A DNA stretch of 24,216 bases, taken from positions 1 to 24,216 of the forward strand of contig NW_021836537.1 of assembly GCF_006345805.1 (NCBI RefSeq), given 5' to 3'. Both the position numbers and the translations under genes were made by a program. This stretch comes from Octopus sinensis. Lineage: Eukaryota. The notes beneath the pieces are model-generated. The model saw only the letters and a list, made by a program, of their open reading frames with translations, ran no database searches and was not told the DNA's origin. Shown here one piece after another: positions 10,209 through 22,215 of this stretch (positions are counted from its first letter, which is position 1; each line of letters opens with the position of its first letter).

Positions 10209-10715
10209 AGAGCCCGATTCGATTGTAATAGCTATTTTATAAGAAGTGATAAAAACTGAAAATTATAGAAATTTAAATGTAAAGTATGAACGAGACCAAC
10301 TAGCGTCCACTCATTGATGGAATGACATCATCAGTCTTTAAGCTTCAATCTTATAACAGGCAAAAAGAAAAAGATTGAAATAAGACAGAGAAAAAAACAG
10401 AAAGAAACGAAAAAAGATAAAGAAAAAGAATATTTAATGAAACAGCTTTGTATAAATTTGATGATATTTGTATAAATTTTGTATAAATTTGTATAACTTT
10501 GTGTAAATTTTATTCAATGATGTTAATAACCTTAAAATATATTTCTCCTCATGCATTTTGAATTATTGACCTCTATTTCTGACTCCAAGAAAATGAACAT
10601 TGGAGTATCTGCACGCTATTCCTTGAAAAACAGCCGCAGGAAAGGTAAGCCCTGTTCATTGTGCAACAACATGAGTCAAGTGAATTCCGTCGGGAATCAT
10701 ACCGTTTTTATCTAA

Positions 10716-11029
<314 letters not shown>

Positions 11030-11030
<1 letters not shown>

Positions 11031-11218
11031 CTTGTGTCTGTGTTAGTCCCCCCTCACCGCTTGACAAAAGTATTGGTGTGTTTACGTCCCGTAACATAGT
11101 GGTTTGGCAAAAGAGAACGATAGAATAAATTCTAGGCATAGAAAAGTAAGTTCCGGGCTCGATTTGTTCAACTAAAAAACTCATTAAAGCCGCGGTCAAA
11201 TGGCTGAAACAAGTAAGG
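11030..11218 (+). mobile_element. SINE 3' half
   Basis: cgcttgacaaaagtattggtgtgtttacgtccc...ggcaaaagagaacgatagaataa...gaaacaagtaag; same family as 21700-21902. Confidence 0.8.
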
Positions 11219-11292
11219 ACACTGGTTGCATCTCGGCGATTGATTATAACAAACATGCAGATAAAAACTAAATAATAATAATAATAATGATG

Positions 11293-11362
<70 letters not shown>

Positions 11363-11364
11363 TA

Positions 11365-11630
11365 ACCACATCTAGATAATATCCCAGGAGAACCATGTCT
11401 CAGAGAAAATCAAAAGATTGTGCTGACAAATACTGCCCACACCCTTAGAAAAGCCCTATCAATTTAAATGTGACATATTGCATGAGTATATTTCGCTACT
11501 GTTCCTGCCACTTCCCATCCCCAAACTTTCGGTCATACTGTAACATCTCTTATCCTTCACTAGCCCTAGGACACTGAGTGTGTCTCTGCGAGTGATTGTA
11601 ATAAACATGCAGATTAAAAGTAAATAATAA
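11365..11630 (+). mobile_element. R4/Dong-like RLE LINE 3' end with 3' UTR
   Basis: HLDNIPGEPCLRENQKIVLTNTAHTLRKALSI*, then a UTR ending aacatgcagattaaaagtaaataataat; follows an (AAT)n tract. Confidence 0.7.
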
Positions 11631-12365
11631 TTGATCATGTTGTCTCCATGTACTGTCCTCTTGCGGTTACAGAGTATCTCAACAGGCATAATTGAGCAGC
11701 ACAATATATTCACTAGGGTAATTTGCAAAAACCTGGACCTGCCCCATGATAAAAACTGGTGGGAACACAAACCACCTCCCATGCTTGAAAATGATCACAT
11801 CTCACTCCTCTGGAACTTCACCATTCAAACTGACAGAAAAATAGACGCGAATAGGCCAGGCATTATATTGAAGGACTTCAGACAAAAGTCATGTCTCCTT
11901 ATTGATATGACTACCTCAATTGACATGAATGTATCTGTCAAGTCCTACAAAAAACTGAGCAAGTATAAAGATCTTGAAATAGAAATTGGCAAACTGTGGA
12001 ACTTCAAGACTAAAACAATACTTGTTGTCATTGGTGCCCTGGGAATGATAGAAAAAGGACTGATTCCTATCTAACTCAGATATCAGGAAGCTCCAAAATG
12101 GCAGAAATTCAAATTATAGTGCTCTTGGTAACTGCCCATATCCTACGTAAAATACTGTCTATGTAATTTCATATTTTAAAAATAAATTCATAATTTTCTT
12201 ATGTTTTCTTAAACATCCTCTAGAACAATACGCTGTGCAAAACCAAATATATGACACCCTAGGCATAACGCCACCATGAACTTCTAACATGTCTCTTGAG
12301 GTCTCCGGGTGAGACTTGGAGTCAACTTACACAAATACAAAGCAAAAGTCAAACATATAATATTA
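11631..12365 (+). mobile_element. R4/Dong-like RLE LINE 3' fragment (endonuclease domain and UTR)
   Basis: ORF 11631-12074: WWEHKP...ENDHISLLWNFTIQTDRKIDANRPGII...LLIDMT...KKLSKYKDLEIEIGKLW...VVIGALG (PD-(D/E)xK nuclease, RPD mutated to RPG). After a frameshift it continues EIQIIVLLVTAHILRKILSM*; (GAT)(AAT)n tail follows. Confidence 0.88.
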
Positions 12366-12392
12366 ATGATGATGATGATGATGATGATGATG

Positions 12393-12464
<72 letters not shown>

Positions 12465-12490
12465 GTAATAATCATAGTAATAATAATAAT
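12365..12490. repeat. (GAT)n(AAT)n tail
   Basis: Direct reading. Confidence 0.95.
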
Positions 12491-12494
12491 GTGT

Positions 12495-12650
12495 TCTGTT
12501 TTAGTTACATACCCTGAAATTTCGAGGGGAATGTTTAGTCGATTACATCGATTCCGGTGTCCAACTGGTACTTATTTTATCGATACCCAAAAGATGAAAG
12601 GCAAAGTTGATTTCGCGGCAGAATTTGAACTCAGAGCGTAAAGAGCAAGA
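12495..12650 (-). mobile_element. SINE fragment (central conserved domain and part of head)
   Basis: actggtacttattttatcgatacccaaaagatgaaaggcaaagttgat...aatttgaactcagagcgt is the reverse complement of a B box plus a gcctttcatc...gataaaataagtaccag domain (Meta-type by recollection). Confidence 0.7.
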
Positions 12651-12719
12651 GAATAAAAACAGCTTAGCCTTTTGTGTACACGTGTGTGTCTATATTTGTG
12701 TATGCACAAGTATTCTCTC

Positions 12720-13150
12720 TATATAAAAGACTTCGTAAAGCTCAAGAGATTTGAACGTGATCAGGTAGAGGAGTAAATGTAAAGACAAAGCAATTTAGAC
12801 AAGGTGAGTTACAAAAAGATATTAATACAAAGAATTTACATTTGTATACATAACAAAAAGTCCGACTTACACTAAATAGAAACGAGTCCATCTTTAAACT
12901 CCGTTCTGTCAACACGTCAAATCTTAAAATTCTTTCCTGAAGACGGAGGCTGGTTTTATCCGATGATGGAATCAAGTTACGATCAATATTTTGGACCTCC
13001 AAGGCCCCAGAAACAGCTGTCGGACTCGTAAAACTCTTACTCTAACCTATTCAATTCCTGATATCATTTCTATTCTGTGTAAGTTATATGTATACATATG
13101 TACATTTTTTGTATTACATGTATTTAATATATCTTGTTTATCGATTTGCT
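12720..13150 (+). mobile_element. Degenerate Penelope-like element 3' end
   Basis: LYT*QKVRLTLNRN resembles a GIY-YIG C-terminus (FI.K..P.LN); followed by ctgaaga...gaaacagctgtc hammerhead-like elements and a pyrimidine-rich tail. Confidence 0.4.
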
Positions 13151-13169
13151 TAACAATATGCTTGTCCTT

Positions 13170-13225
13170 ACTTTTACACAACACATATATATACATACAC
13201 ATACGTACATACATATACATACTAC

Positions 13226-13298
<73 letters not shown>

Positions 13299-13370
13299 TT
13301 GTACATGAATGTGGGTGGTGGTTCCAATTCGGATATCTTAAACGATCACAAACACACGCATATATATAAT

Positions 13371-13442
<72 letters not shown>

Positions 13443-13520
13443 ATATATATAAAGTGTGCATGTAACACACACTGAGGACGCTCACACATGCATACATATA
13501 TCTATACATACCTATACACA
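13170..13520. repeat. (TA)n/(CA)n microsatellites
   Basis: Direct reading. Confidence 0.9.
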
Positions 13521-13724
13521 GATACATATGGAACCATATTGTTGAAATCTAATATTGAACAAGCAGTGATCGATATATCAATATTTCGATCTTAAATTAT
13601 TTGTTACAAATGAATTGTTTATATTAGAAATATTCTTACCAATTTATAATTCATTCACGAATTGAAACCTACAGCTGTATTTATACATGTAGACAGATAT
13701 ATGTTTACACATATGCATACGTAC

Positions 13725-13775
<51 letters not shown>

Positions 13776-13858
13776 TACAATATCTATATATATATACATA
13801 TGTGTGATATATATATATATATATATAGATATAGATATATATATATATATATATTAGT

Positions 13859-14156
13859 GAAGGCGCAATGGCCCAGTGGTTAGGGCAGTGGAGTCGCGGT
13901 CGGAGGATCGCCGTTTCGATTCCCAGGCCGGGCGTTGTGTTCGTTTATTGAGCGAAAACACCTAAAAGCTCCAGGAGGCATCGGCAGGGGGTGGTGGCGA
14001 CCCCTGTTGTTCTCTTTCGCCACAACTTTCTCTCACTCTCTCTTCCTGTTTCTTGAGTAATGCTGCGATAGACTGGCATCCCTTCCACGTGGGTGGGACA
14101 CATACGCCACAGAAACCGGGAAACCGGGCTCATGAGCCTGGCTAGGTGACGTTTAT
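13859..14156 (+). mobile_element. Near full-length tRNA-derived SINE
   Basis: A box tggcccagtgg (13869-13879), B box gtttcgattcc (13913-13923), body with gcgatagactggcatccc, tail cagaaaccgggaaaccggg...; flanked by TA runs. Confidence 0.88.
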
Positions 14157-14362
14157 ATATATATATATATATATACATACATATATGTATACATATGTAC
14201 AAATATATGCGTGTGTGTTTGTACGTGTAGAGACATATGCATATACAGATACGTGCACAAACACATCCATACATAACTAATCGCATGAATGCACATACAT
14301 ACACACACACGGTTAGGTTAATAAGTAGACAGTCAGTTACTAAATTATTTTATTATTATTAC

Positions 14363-14450
14363 TTCCGCAAGTTTTGGTGGCTGATGAAGACCAATAAGAC
14401 TGGAACATGTTCTACTTGTTGGAGGAACCGTCAGATAGGCATTAAAGCGC
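14363..14450 (-). CDS. Candidate 88 nt internal exon (xRFNAYLTVPPTSRTCSSLIGLHQPPKLAE)
   Basis: atactgtttgTAG|G CGC...GAA|GTAATA; only one open frame, ending in phase 0 and compatible with the 9125-9084 exon. Confidence 0.45.
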
Positions 14451-14555
14451 CTACAAACAGTATTTTAGCAATAAATTATTTGATTCTATCGAGTCATTTT
14501 TTAGTAAATATTCCGTTTGCACTTATTCTTGAACTTGGTTTAAAATAATATCAAT

Positions 14556-14590
<35 letters not shown>

Positions 14591-14667
14591 CACACACACA
14601 CACACCTGGTTTCCTGTCTTTCGTTCTTTCTATCTAAGAATGGCTGTGTGGTTAAGAAGTTCATTCA

Positions 14668-15250
14668 GATAGGCAGCCTTGCTAGCTATGCAGATGATAC
14701 AAATGTCCCTCAGAGGATACAGAACTTTGGAGATGTTGCGTATCTGCAACGGGAGTTGGACGCAATATACAGGTGAGCTGAGAACAATAACATGCAGTTT
14801 AATGCTGGAAAATTCCGACCCCTACGCTACCAACACAGGAAGTTGAATGAAAAACAGATGAGGATACACTGACCCAGGATGGATTTCAACCTGAGCACCG
14901 ATACGAGTTATGATGCCTCTTTCCAAATGCATATCCCTAAGTTGGTAATAAAATTCAGACAGTTGGCTCGATGGATCCTTAAAACGTTCAGAACGAGAGA
15001 ACAGGAAACCAAGATGGTCCTCTGGAGAACATTTGTCCTCAGCCGTTTGGATTACTGCTCCCAACTGTGGTCACTAAACTGTAAAATTAACCACGGAACT
15101 CTAAGACGATCCAGCGAAGCTACACAAAGAAGCTCGTCTCAATGTGACATGCCAGCTACTGGGAGAGATCGAAACGGTTAAAACTCTACTCCCTAGAACG
15201 AAAACAGGAAGCATATGCAGTGATACACACCTTGAACATTCTAGAATATT
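14668..15250 (+). mobile_element. CR1/L2-group LINE reverse transcriptase fragment
   Basis: LASYADDTN (YADD at 14687-14698), LQRELDAIYR*AENNNMQFNAGKF, WILKTFRTRE...LWRTFVLSRLDYCSQLWS, YSLERKQEAYAVIHTLNILE; frameshifted. Confidence 0.88.
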
Positions 15251-15253
15251 CTA

Positions 15254-15609
15254 TTGGGTTGGGGCATAATTATTGCGGATTTTTGTTAGTATTCAGTGGC
15301 ACCCCATTCTGCAGTTTGTGTAAATTTCCCTGCCAAAACTTGGTAAAAGTTTTTCTAGAATGTTTTTCTTCTGAGTTGGTGCATAATTATTGCGGCTCTT
15401 TTTCAATAAATTTATTATTCAACAAAAACAATAATATTTAACAAAAACATCTTTAAATGACGGTCTGACCGTCTGGCAAGCAAATTGAAGTAGATGGTGA
15501 ATATGCACCGGAATTAATCATTTAAAGATGTTTTGTGTTTTTGGTTTAATGTTTTGTTGAATAAAAATTTATTGAAAAAAAAGCCGCAATAATGATGCAC
15601 TGAGCCCAA
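15254..15609. mobile_element. Mariner-derived MITE with TA target duplication and duplicated left TIR
   Basis: TA|ttgggttggggcataattattgcgg (15254) ... gccgcaataatgatgcactgagcccaa|TA (15609); a second left arm gtgcataattattgcggc...atctttaaatga starts at 15379. TIR resembles the Hsmar1/MADE1 type. Confidence 0.8.
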
Positions 15610-15623
15610 TATATATACAATAG

Positions 15624-15657
<34 letters not shown>

Positions 15658-16649
15658 ATATATATTTTAAATTATATTATGTAGTATATAACTATATATA
15701 TATAACTATATATAAATTGATCCAAAATAAAAACATGATGCGAAGGATTCAGCGGTATATATATATATATAAATATATATATATATAATATATAATATAT
15801 ATATTATATATATATATTATATATATATATATCTAATGATATTATATATTTTAATATATATATATAATATATGTATGTATGTATGTATGTATGTATATAT
15901 ATTATATATAGATATAATATATATATATAATATATGTATATATATGTTACCATCTTCATTTATTATATGAACGATACAACCATGTTAGAAATTCGCCGCA
16001 GGCGTCCGTTTTTGAAACAAACCGTTTAAAAATAGACTCTTATGCCAAACTTCGAAGTAACTGCCAACAATCTTATATAAATAGCATATTTACGCCTCAT
16101 ATATTTAGTCCATTGTTCGTTAATGTTTGTCGCTATCTTACATTTCAGAACTCTTATTAATTACACCCACCCACACAGTCATAGATACTACGGTCATTCA
16201 TACATATATATATAATATATATATATATATCTTATATATAATATATATGCATTATGTATGTATGCATATATATGTGAAGTAGGTATAGCATATATATATA
16301 TATATATATATAGATATATATATATATATATACTCATATATATTTATATAATATGTTATATATACATGTATGTATGTAGTATTAGTATATGTATGTGTAT
16401 GTATGTATGTATGCATGGCAACATAAGTGTCTGAGCAGATAGTTTACGTTAACTATAAGAAAATAATAAAGCTGTAAAAGAAGCCGCCGATGAGTTACTG
16501 GAGATGAATGGCGCGGATAATTTAACACTAGATGACTATACTTAGCATCTACCTTTGATTTAATGGACTGACAATAATGGCGAGTGACACCATCTTTATA
16601 TGAACATACTTGTGTATGATGAGAGTGAGGAGGTGTATCTGTATGTACG

Positions 16650-16705
<56 letters not shown>

Positions 16706-16791
16706 CATATATATATATATACATATATATATATGTACACACGCGTATAAATCACTATAAATTATATTCACTATATATATGTATATATACA

Positions 16792-16823
<32 letters not shown>

Positions 16824-16901
16824 CAATATATATATACATATATATATACATATACAATATATACTTATATATATATATATATAGATATATATAATTATAT
16901 A

Positions 16902-16933
<32 letters not shown>

Positions 16934-17673
16934 GGAATGCATATGTATGAATATATCATTAAATAAATATATATTTGCATATATCACATATATACATTAT
17001 ATATGCACACACACACACACACACACACAACATATATATATGTTTATGCATACTTATACACAATTAGAAAAGCTAAATAGTTGTAAGTATATATCTATGT
17101 GTACACACAGACACACAAACACACACACATATGTGTGTATAAATGCGCATATACAAATATATACACACATGCACTCGTGTATATAAATGTATTTTCATAG
17201 TTAAGTATATATCCTTATACGCGATTATATATGCATAAAACTATATAACACGTAATACACACACACACACATATATATGTCTATCTATATATATATTATA
17301 TATATATATATATTATATATATATATATATATAATATAAGTATTATATGTATCTATATATCTATATGTACATATACATATATGTATATATATATTTTTAC
17401 TTATATACTTATATATATATATGCATGTATGTACACTTATACTCAGACACATGTATTCTTGCTTACACATATTCTGGTGTCTACATATCTATCCTACATG
17501 GCATGCTCAATATCCTCGTAAGTTCACATACGCATGGAGATCTGCTATGGTTTGCATTGAAGGAAGAAAATACACGAAAGACAATAACGTACAAAGAAAA
17601 ACGCCCAGTACAAAAGCAACAACAGAAAGTAAAAAAAACAACAACAATAATAACAACAACAAAAATTACTATA

Positions 17674-17726
<53 letters not shown>

Positions 17727-17750
17727 CACCACCACCACCACCACCGTCAT

Positions 17751-17793
<43 letters not shown>

Positions 17794-17895
17794 GCAGAAG
17801 CAAATATAAGATCTAAAGACAGCCATTTAATGTCGTTATATGGTGATAACATGCAACGTCGTAAGACAGAAATCGCCATATATATATACATACAT

Positions 17896-17926
<31 letters not shown>

Positions 17927-18070
17927 CATGCATACACATGCACACATACACACATATATGTTGTATGGTGTATATATATATATATGCATGTAGATTATGT
18001 ATATTATATATATATATATATATTCTATTATATTATATATAGATATATATATATATATATATATATATCT

Positions 18071-18101
<31 letters not shown>

Positions 18102-18740
18102 GATATATATATATATATTATATATATAGGTAGATGAGTTTGCCGAGGATGTATATTAGCTCTCTCATTTAGGCACATGCTGGAATGTTGTGTGTGTTTA
18201 GATATTAAAGAATATTCTTGAGGAAATTGTTCTGATACGAAACAAATTTTGTAATTTGCCAACAGACATCAAGCGTAGCATCGTTAAACTTCAAACAAAT
18301 GTAGTGATAGAGATAAACCACATACGCACACACGCACACACGTACACATGTACACACACACACACACAAACACCACACACACAAACTCGCGAGCGCACAC
18401 AAACATCACACATATATATACATAATACACACGCATACACACATGCACACACAAACGCACTGACGTATATAATATATATATATATATACAAATGCATGAT
18501 GTACGATTATATGTACATATAATGAACACAAGCTATATGTGTTTACATGGAACAACATGAGTTTGCAACTCAATGTATATAATACGAGTATACATGCATA
18601 CATATATACATATTTAAATATATATATCCACAAATATATTTTATATACATATATATATATATATATATATGCATGCACGTATGTATATACGTAGGTACGT
18701 TCATATGTTTGTACGCATATATGTATGTATTTATGTATGT
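15610..18740. repeat. Extended low-complexity zone: (TA)n, (CA)n, (TATG)n and (AAC)(ACT)(ACC)(ACT) at ~17640-17792, with short unique islands
   Basis: Direct reading. Confidence 0.85.
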
Positions 18741-19159
18741 ATAATGATATCGCCTGTTAGTGATTGTGCTTCGTAATTTCAAATTTTGTGTTTAGTTCAA
18801 GAAGCGTAATCACCAGACAACAGTTGCTAGACTAGTTTCTTAACAGCATAAGACATAAATTACTTGATAAAATGTAACGTTTTTAGTATTGAATTCTGGG
18901 CAAAATAAAAGTAAAATGCAAGAGTTAAGTATTTCACTTTGATTCTTAGAAACGGTGCACGTGAATTTTTTGAATAAGTATATCAAAAATATATGAATGA
19001 AGGTAAATAAGAGAATAACTTACAAGGATCTTCGCATTCATTCTGAGTTGCACGCTCTTTCAAAATCCAGAATATCTGGATAGTCTGTTTCGTATATTTC
19101 TGAATGAAGTACCAATGCTAATGTAACGTTGTTTAAATTTACCCTCTATTACACTTATA

Positions 19160-19577
19160 TATTACTCTTTACTTTTTTACTTGTTTCAGTCATTTGACTG
19201 TGGCCATGCTGGAGCACCGCTTTTAGTCGAGCACATCGACCCCGGGACTTATTCTTTGTAAGCCCAGTACTTATTCTATCAGTCTCTTTTGCCGAACCGC
19301 TAAGTGACGGGGACGTAAACACACCAGCATCGGTTGTCAAGCAATGCTAGGGGGACAAACACAGACACACAAACACATACAGACACATACATAATATATA
19401 TATATACATATATACGACAGGCTTCTTTCAGTTTCCGTGTACCAAATCCACTCACAAGGCATTGGTCGGCCCGGGGCTATAGCAGAAGACACTTGCCCAA
19501 GATGCCATGCAGTGGGACTGAACCCGGAACCATGTGGTTGGTTAGCAAGCTACTTACCACACAGCCACTCCTGCACT
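19160..19577 (-). mobile_element. Full-length tRNA-derived SINE with internal CA/TA microsatellite
   Basis: Reverse complement matches 21488-21902 along the whole length (head gcaggagtggctgtgtggtaag; tail gctccagcatggccacagtcaaatgactgaaacaagtaaaaag). Confidence 0.92.
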
Positions 19578-19689
19578 TATATATATATATACATTTTTTC
19601 ACGCATAATCTTTTCAGTGCTGCTTTTCTGGTGGACGCATTTTTATTTGTGCATGCGCAGTTAACTTAATTAATTTTAGGGGCTATATT

Positions 19690-20815
19690 TGTTAATATAC
19701 TTTTCAAGACAGCAGTGCAGCTCCCATTAGGTCTAAGGTTGTTTCTATTGAGAATGATTCTATGTTCTTTAACATTCGGCTGTAAGCTTCGCCTAAAACT
19801 TGGATTCCAGTGTCTTTGGTAAACATTGTACGGAAAAAACATCGTCTTAAGATTATCTGGCAAGGTTGACTTCCAGACAATACCTAGTTTATTTAGGACC
19901 GACCATGCTTTGACTGTCTGATGTTTCACATCCTTTTCAGTTGAGGTTATCTCAGAACCAAGGTATGTGAAACCATCAAGTTGATTGATAGGATCTCCTT
20001 TTGGTGTTGGCGATGGATCCTTGTTGATCGTGTGCAGTGACCTTAGTTTTACGAGAATTTAAAAGTCGCCCAATATCTTGTGCAGCTAATTCTAGACTAT
20101 GAAGTTATTGGGTCTGATACTGTGTCAGAGATTACGACTACATCTTCAGAATAGTCTATACCAGTCATGTTTTTGAGCTGGATGTCCGACCGATCTCCTT
20201 TACGCGAGTGTGAAACCGAAGCAATTTAACTCGTCAAGTGATATTCTGAGGACATAATCCAGAGTGATCATGAAGAGAAAAGGTACCAGTATCCCGACAC
20301 GAAAATACTCTGTGTTTGATGTTAAAGAAATTTGTATCTCCGCCTGGAGACTTTACCGTTGATTTAGTGTTTCTATAAAGCTCCATAATCGATGCTGTTG
20401 TTTCCTCAGGGATATCACAGGCCAGGAGTATTTTTCCCATTTTACCACGGTGGATAGAGTCAAAAATCTTTGAGAAATCAACAAACAGTAATATTGCTTC
20501 GTGATTTCTGGCTTTTACTCTGAGTATTTCTCAGACAGCCGATCTATTTTCTGTCTCTGAAACCATTTTGATTTCTTCTCAAAACTTTCTTAATTTCTGG
20601 TTGTATCCTGTTGAGTAGAAGTGGATAATATAGTTTTGCTGCTTTGGCTGTACGAGTGATAGATCTGTTACTTGTGAGAGCCAAATCGTATTTCTTTGGA
20701 AATGGGAATATGCAGCCTTCTCTCCGTTTGTCAATGTTGCTTCCAGTGTATACTGTGTTTCAGAATACCAGCCTAACAGAATATCATTGAATTTTCCTGT
20801 TTTCCAAACTAGTTT
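19690..20815 (-). mobile_element. RTE-clade LINE reverse transcriptase segment, decayed
   Basis: VWKTGKFNDILL, GCIFPFPKK, LLLNRIQPEIKKVLRRNQNGFR, FDSIHRGKMGKILLA, FLFMITLDYVLRISLD, IDYSED (YADD-like), FKYLGS (minus 19974-19957), KAWSVLNKLGIVWKS.LPDNLK..FF; several frameshifts. Confidence 0.88.
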
Positions 20816-20819
20816 ATGT

Positions 20820-21225
20820 GTATGATCACTTGGAGAATGCAACCGACCAAGGAACCGCTATATGGAGATCTCCCTGTTTCAAACATTACAAAAGAAAGGC
20901 GCTTGCGTTTTACGAGACATTTCTGGTCAGCTCACACAAGATCTGGCAAATGACCTACTGCTATATATGCCAAAGCGTGGCCGAACTCGAGCAGGTAACC
21001 TAGATACAATATCCTTAGATCAACACACAGAGTCACTGCATGCTATGCTGAAGGCCTCCATCAATTAATACAAGACCGAGATGGATGGTATGCGCGGGGT
21101 AAAAATGTCTGACCAATCTCAGGTCAGACGATGTCGATGATCTTGTGACGCCTTCTACAAAAGGCGGCTACAACAAACCACTATTATTACTTCATTCAGA
21201 AGATGAGTCCAAGAACATCTTGCTA
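20820..21225 (+). mobile_element. RTE-clade LINE 3' end and UTR, opposite orientation to the adjacent RT segment
   Basis: ITWRMQPTKEPLYGDLPVSNITKERRLRFTRHFW...DLANDLLLYMPKRGRTRAG...QDRDGW, the typical RTE ORF C-terminus. Confidence 0.8.
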
Positions 21226-21487
21226 TGTTATTATTACATTTAGAAAACGAATAAAAATATGAGAAAAACTAGAATAAAATATATTAAAATCTAACATAGA
21301 CGTCCTCAAGGAAGTATGTTCGGAAGAAAAGCTGATCCCTATGTATGCGTGTCTGTCTGCCTGTCTGCATGCATGCACATATGTATGTATGCATGTGTGT
21401 GCATATAAATATACTCACACTTAAACTATCATATTGACATACATAGGAACAGATGTTGATATGCATGCTTATACGTACATATATAGA

Positions 21488-21900
21488 TGTAGGAGTGGTT
21501 GTGTGGTAAGTAGCTTGCTTACAAACCACATGGTTCTGGGTTTAGTCCCACTGCGTGGCACCTTGGGCAAGTGCCTTCTACTATAGCCTCGGGCCAACCA
21601 AAGACTTGTGAGTGGATTTGGTAGACGGAAACTGAAAGAATCCCGTCGTGTATATGTATATATATATATATATATATATGTATGCGTGTGTATGTTTGTG
21701 GGTCTGTGTTTGTCCCACCAACATCGCTTGACAACCGATGCTGGTGTGTTTACGTCCCCTTAACCTAGCGGTTCGGCAAAAGAGAACGATAGAATAAGTA
21801 CTAGGCTTCCAAAGAATAAGTCCTGGGGTCGATTTGCTCGACCAAAGGCGGTGCTCCAGCATGGCCACAGTCAATTGACTGAAATAAGTAAAAGAGTAAA

Positions 21901-21902
<2 letters not shown>
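21488..21902 (+). mobile_element. Full-length tRNA-derived SINE with internal TA microsatellite
   Basis: Head gtaggagtggttgtgtggtaag...gggtttagtcccactg, CORE-like ccttgggcaagtg, tail ...gactgaaataagtaaaagagtaaaag followed by (AG)n. Confidence 0.92.
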
Positions 21903-21946
<44 letters not shown>

Positions 21947-22215
21947 ACATGCATACACACACACACACACAAACACACATATATATGTATATCTATATTT
22001 ATATATATGCATACATACATATCTATATATATATATGAATATCTATGCAGATACATATATATATATCTATATTTATACATATATATACACACACACATAT
22101 ATATATGTACATTTAATCACATACATACATACATATATATAAATATACATATATATATATATACATATATATACTCAAGCATATTTATATAATATACACA
22201 GATGCATACACACTC
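21903..22215. repeat. (AG)n, (CA)n and (TA)n microsatellites
   Basis: Direct reading. Confidence 0.9.

Noticed and set aside
9450-10242. Long ORFs (235, 179 and 202 aa) of poly-S, poly-I/V and poly-T/M/D
   Set aside because: Translations of a stop-free trinucleotide array; no splice or codon evidence.
13640-13675. Minus-strand exon-like segment with G|GTAAGA donor
   Set aside because: Stops in all three frames; could only be non-coding.
13862-13930. tRNA gene
   Set aside because: A and B boxes are present but there is no cloverleaf acceptor stem, and a SINE body follows.
14636-14667. SINE-CR1 chimera (SINE A-box head abutting the RT fragment)
   Set aside because: Only ~30 bp of SINE head; more simply explained by a deletion or adjacent insertion.
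16470-16545. Plus-strand protein-like stretch ENNKAVKEAADELLEMNGADNLTLDDYT*
   Set aside because: Short, bounded by stops and unassignable; it may be a TE remnant, which would weaken the adjacent 16553-16608 exon candidate.
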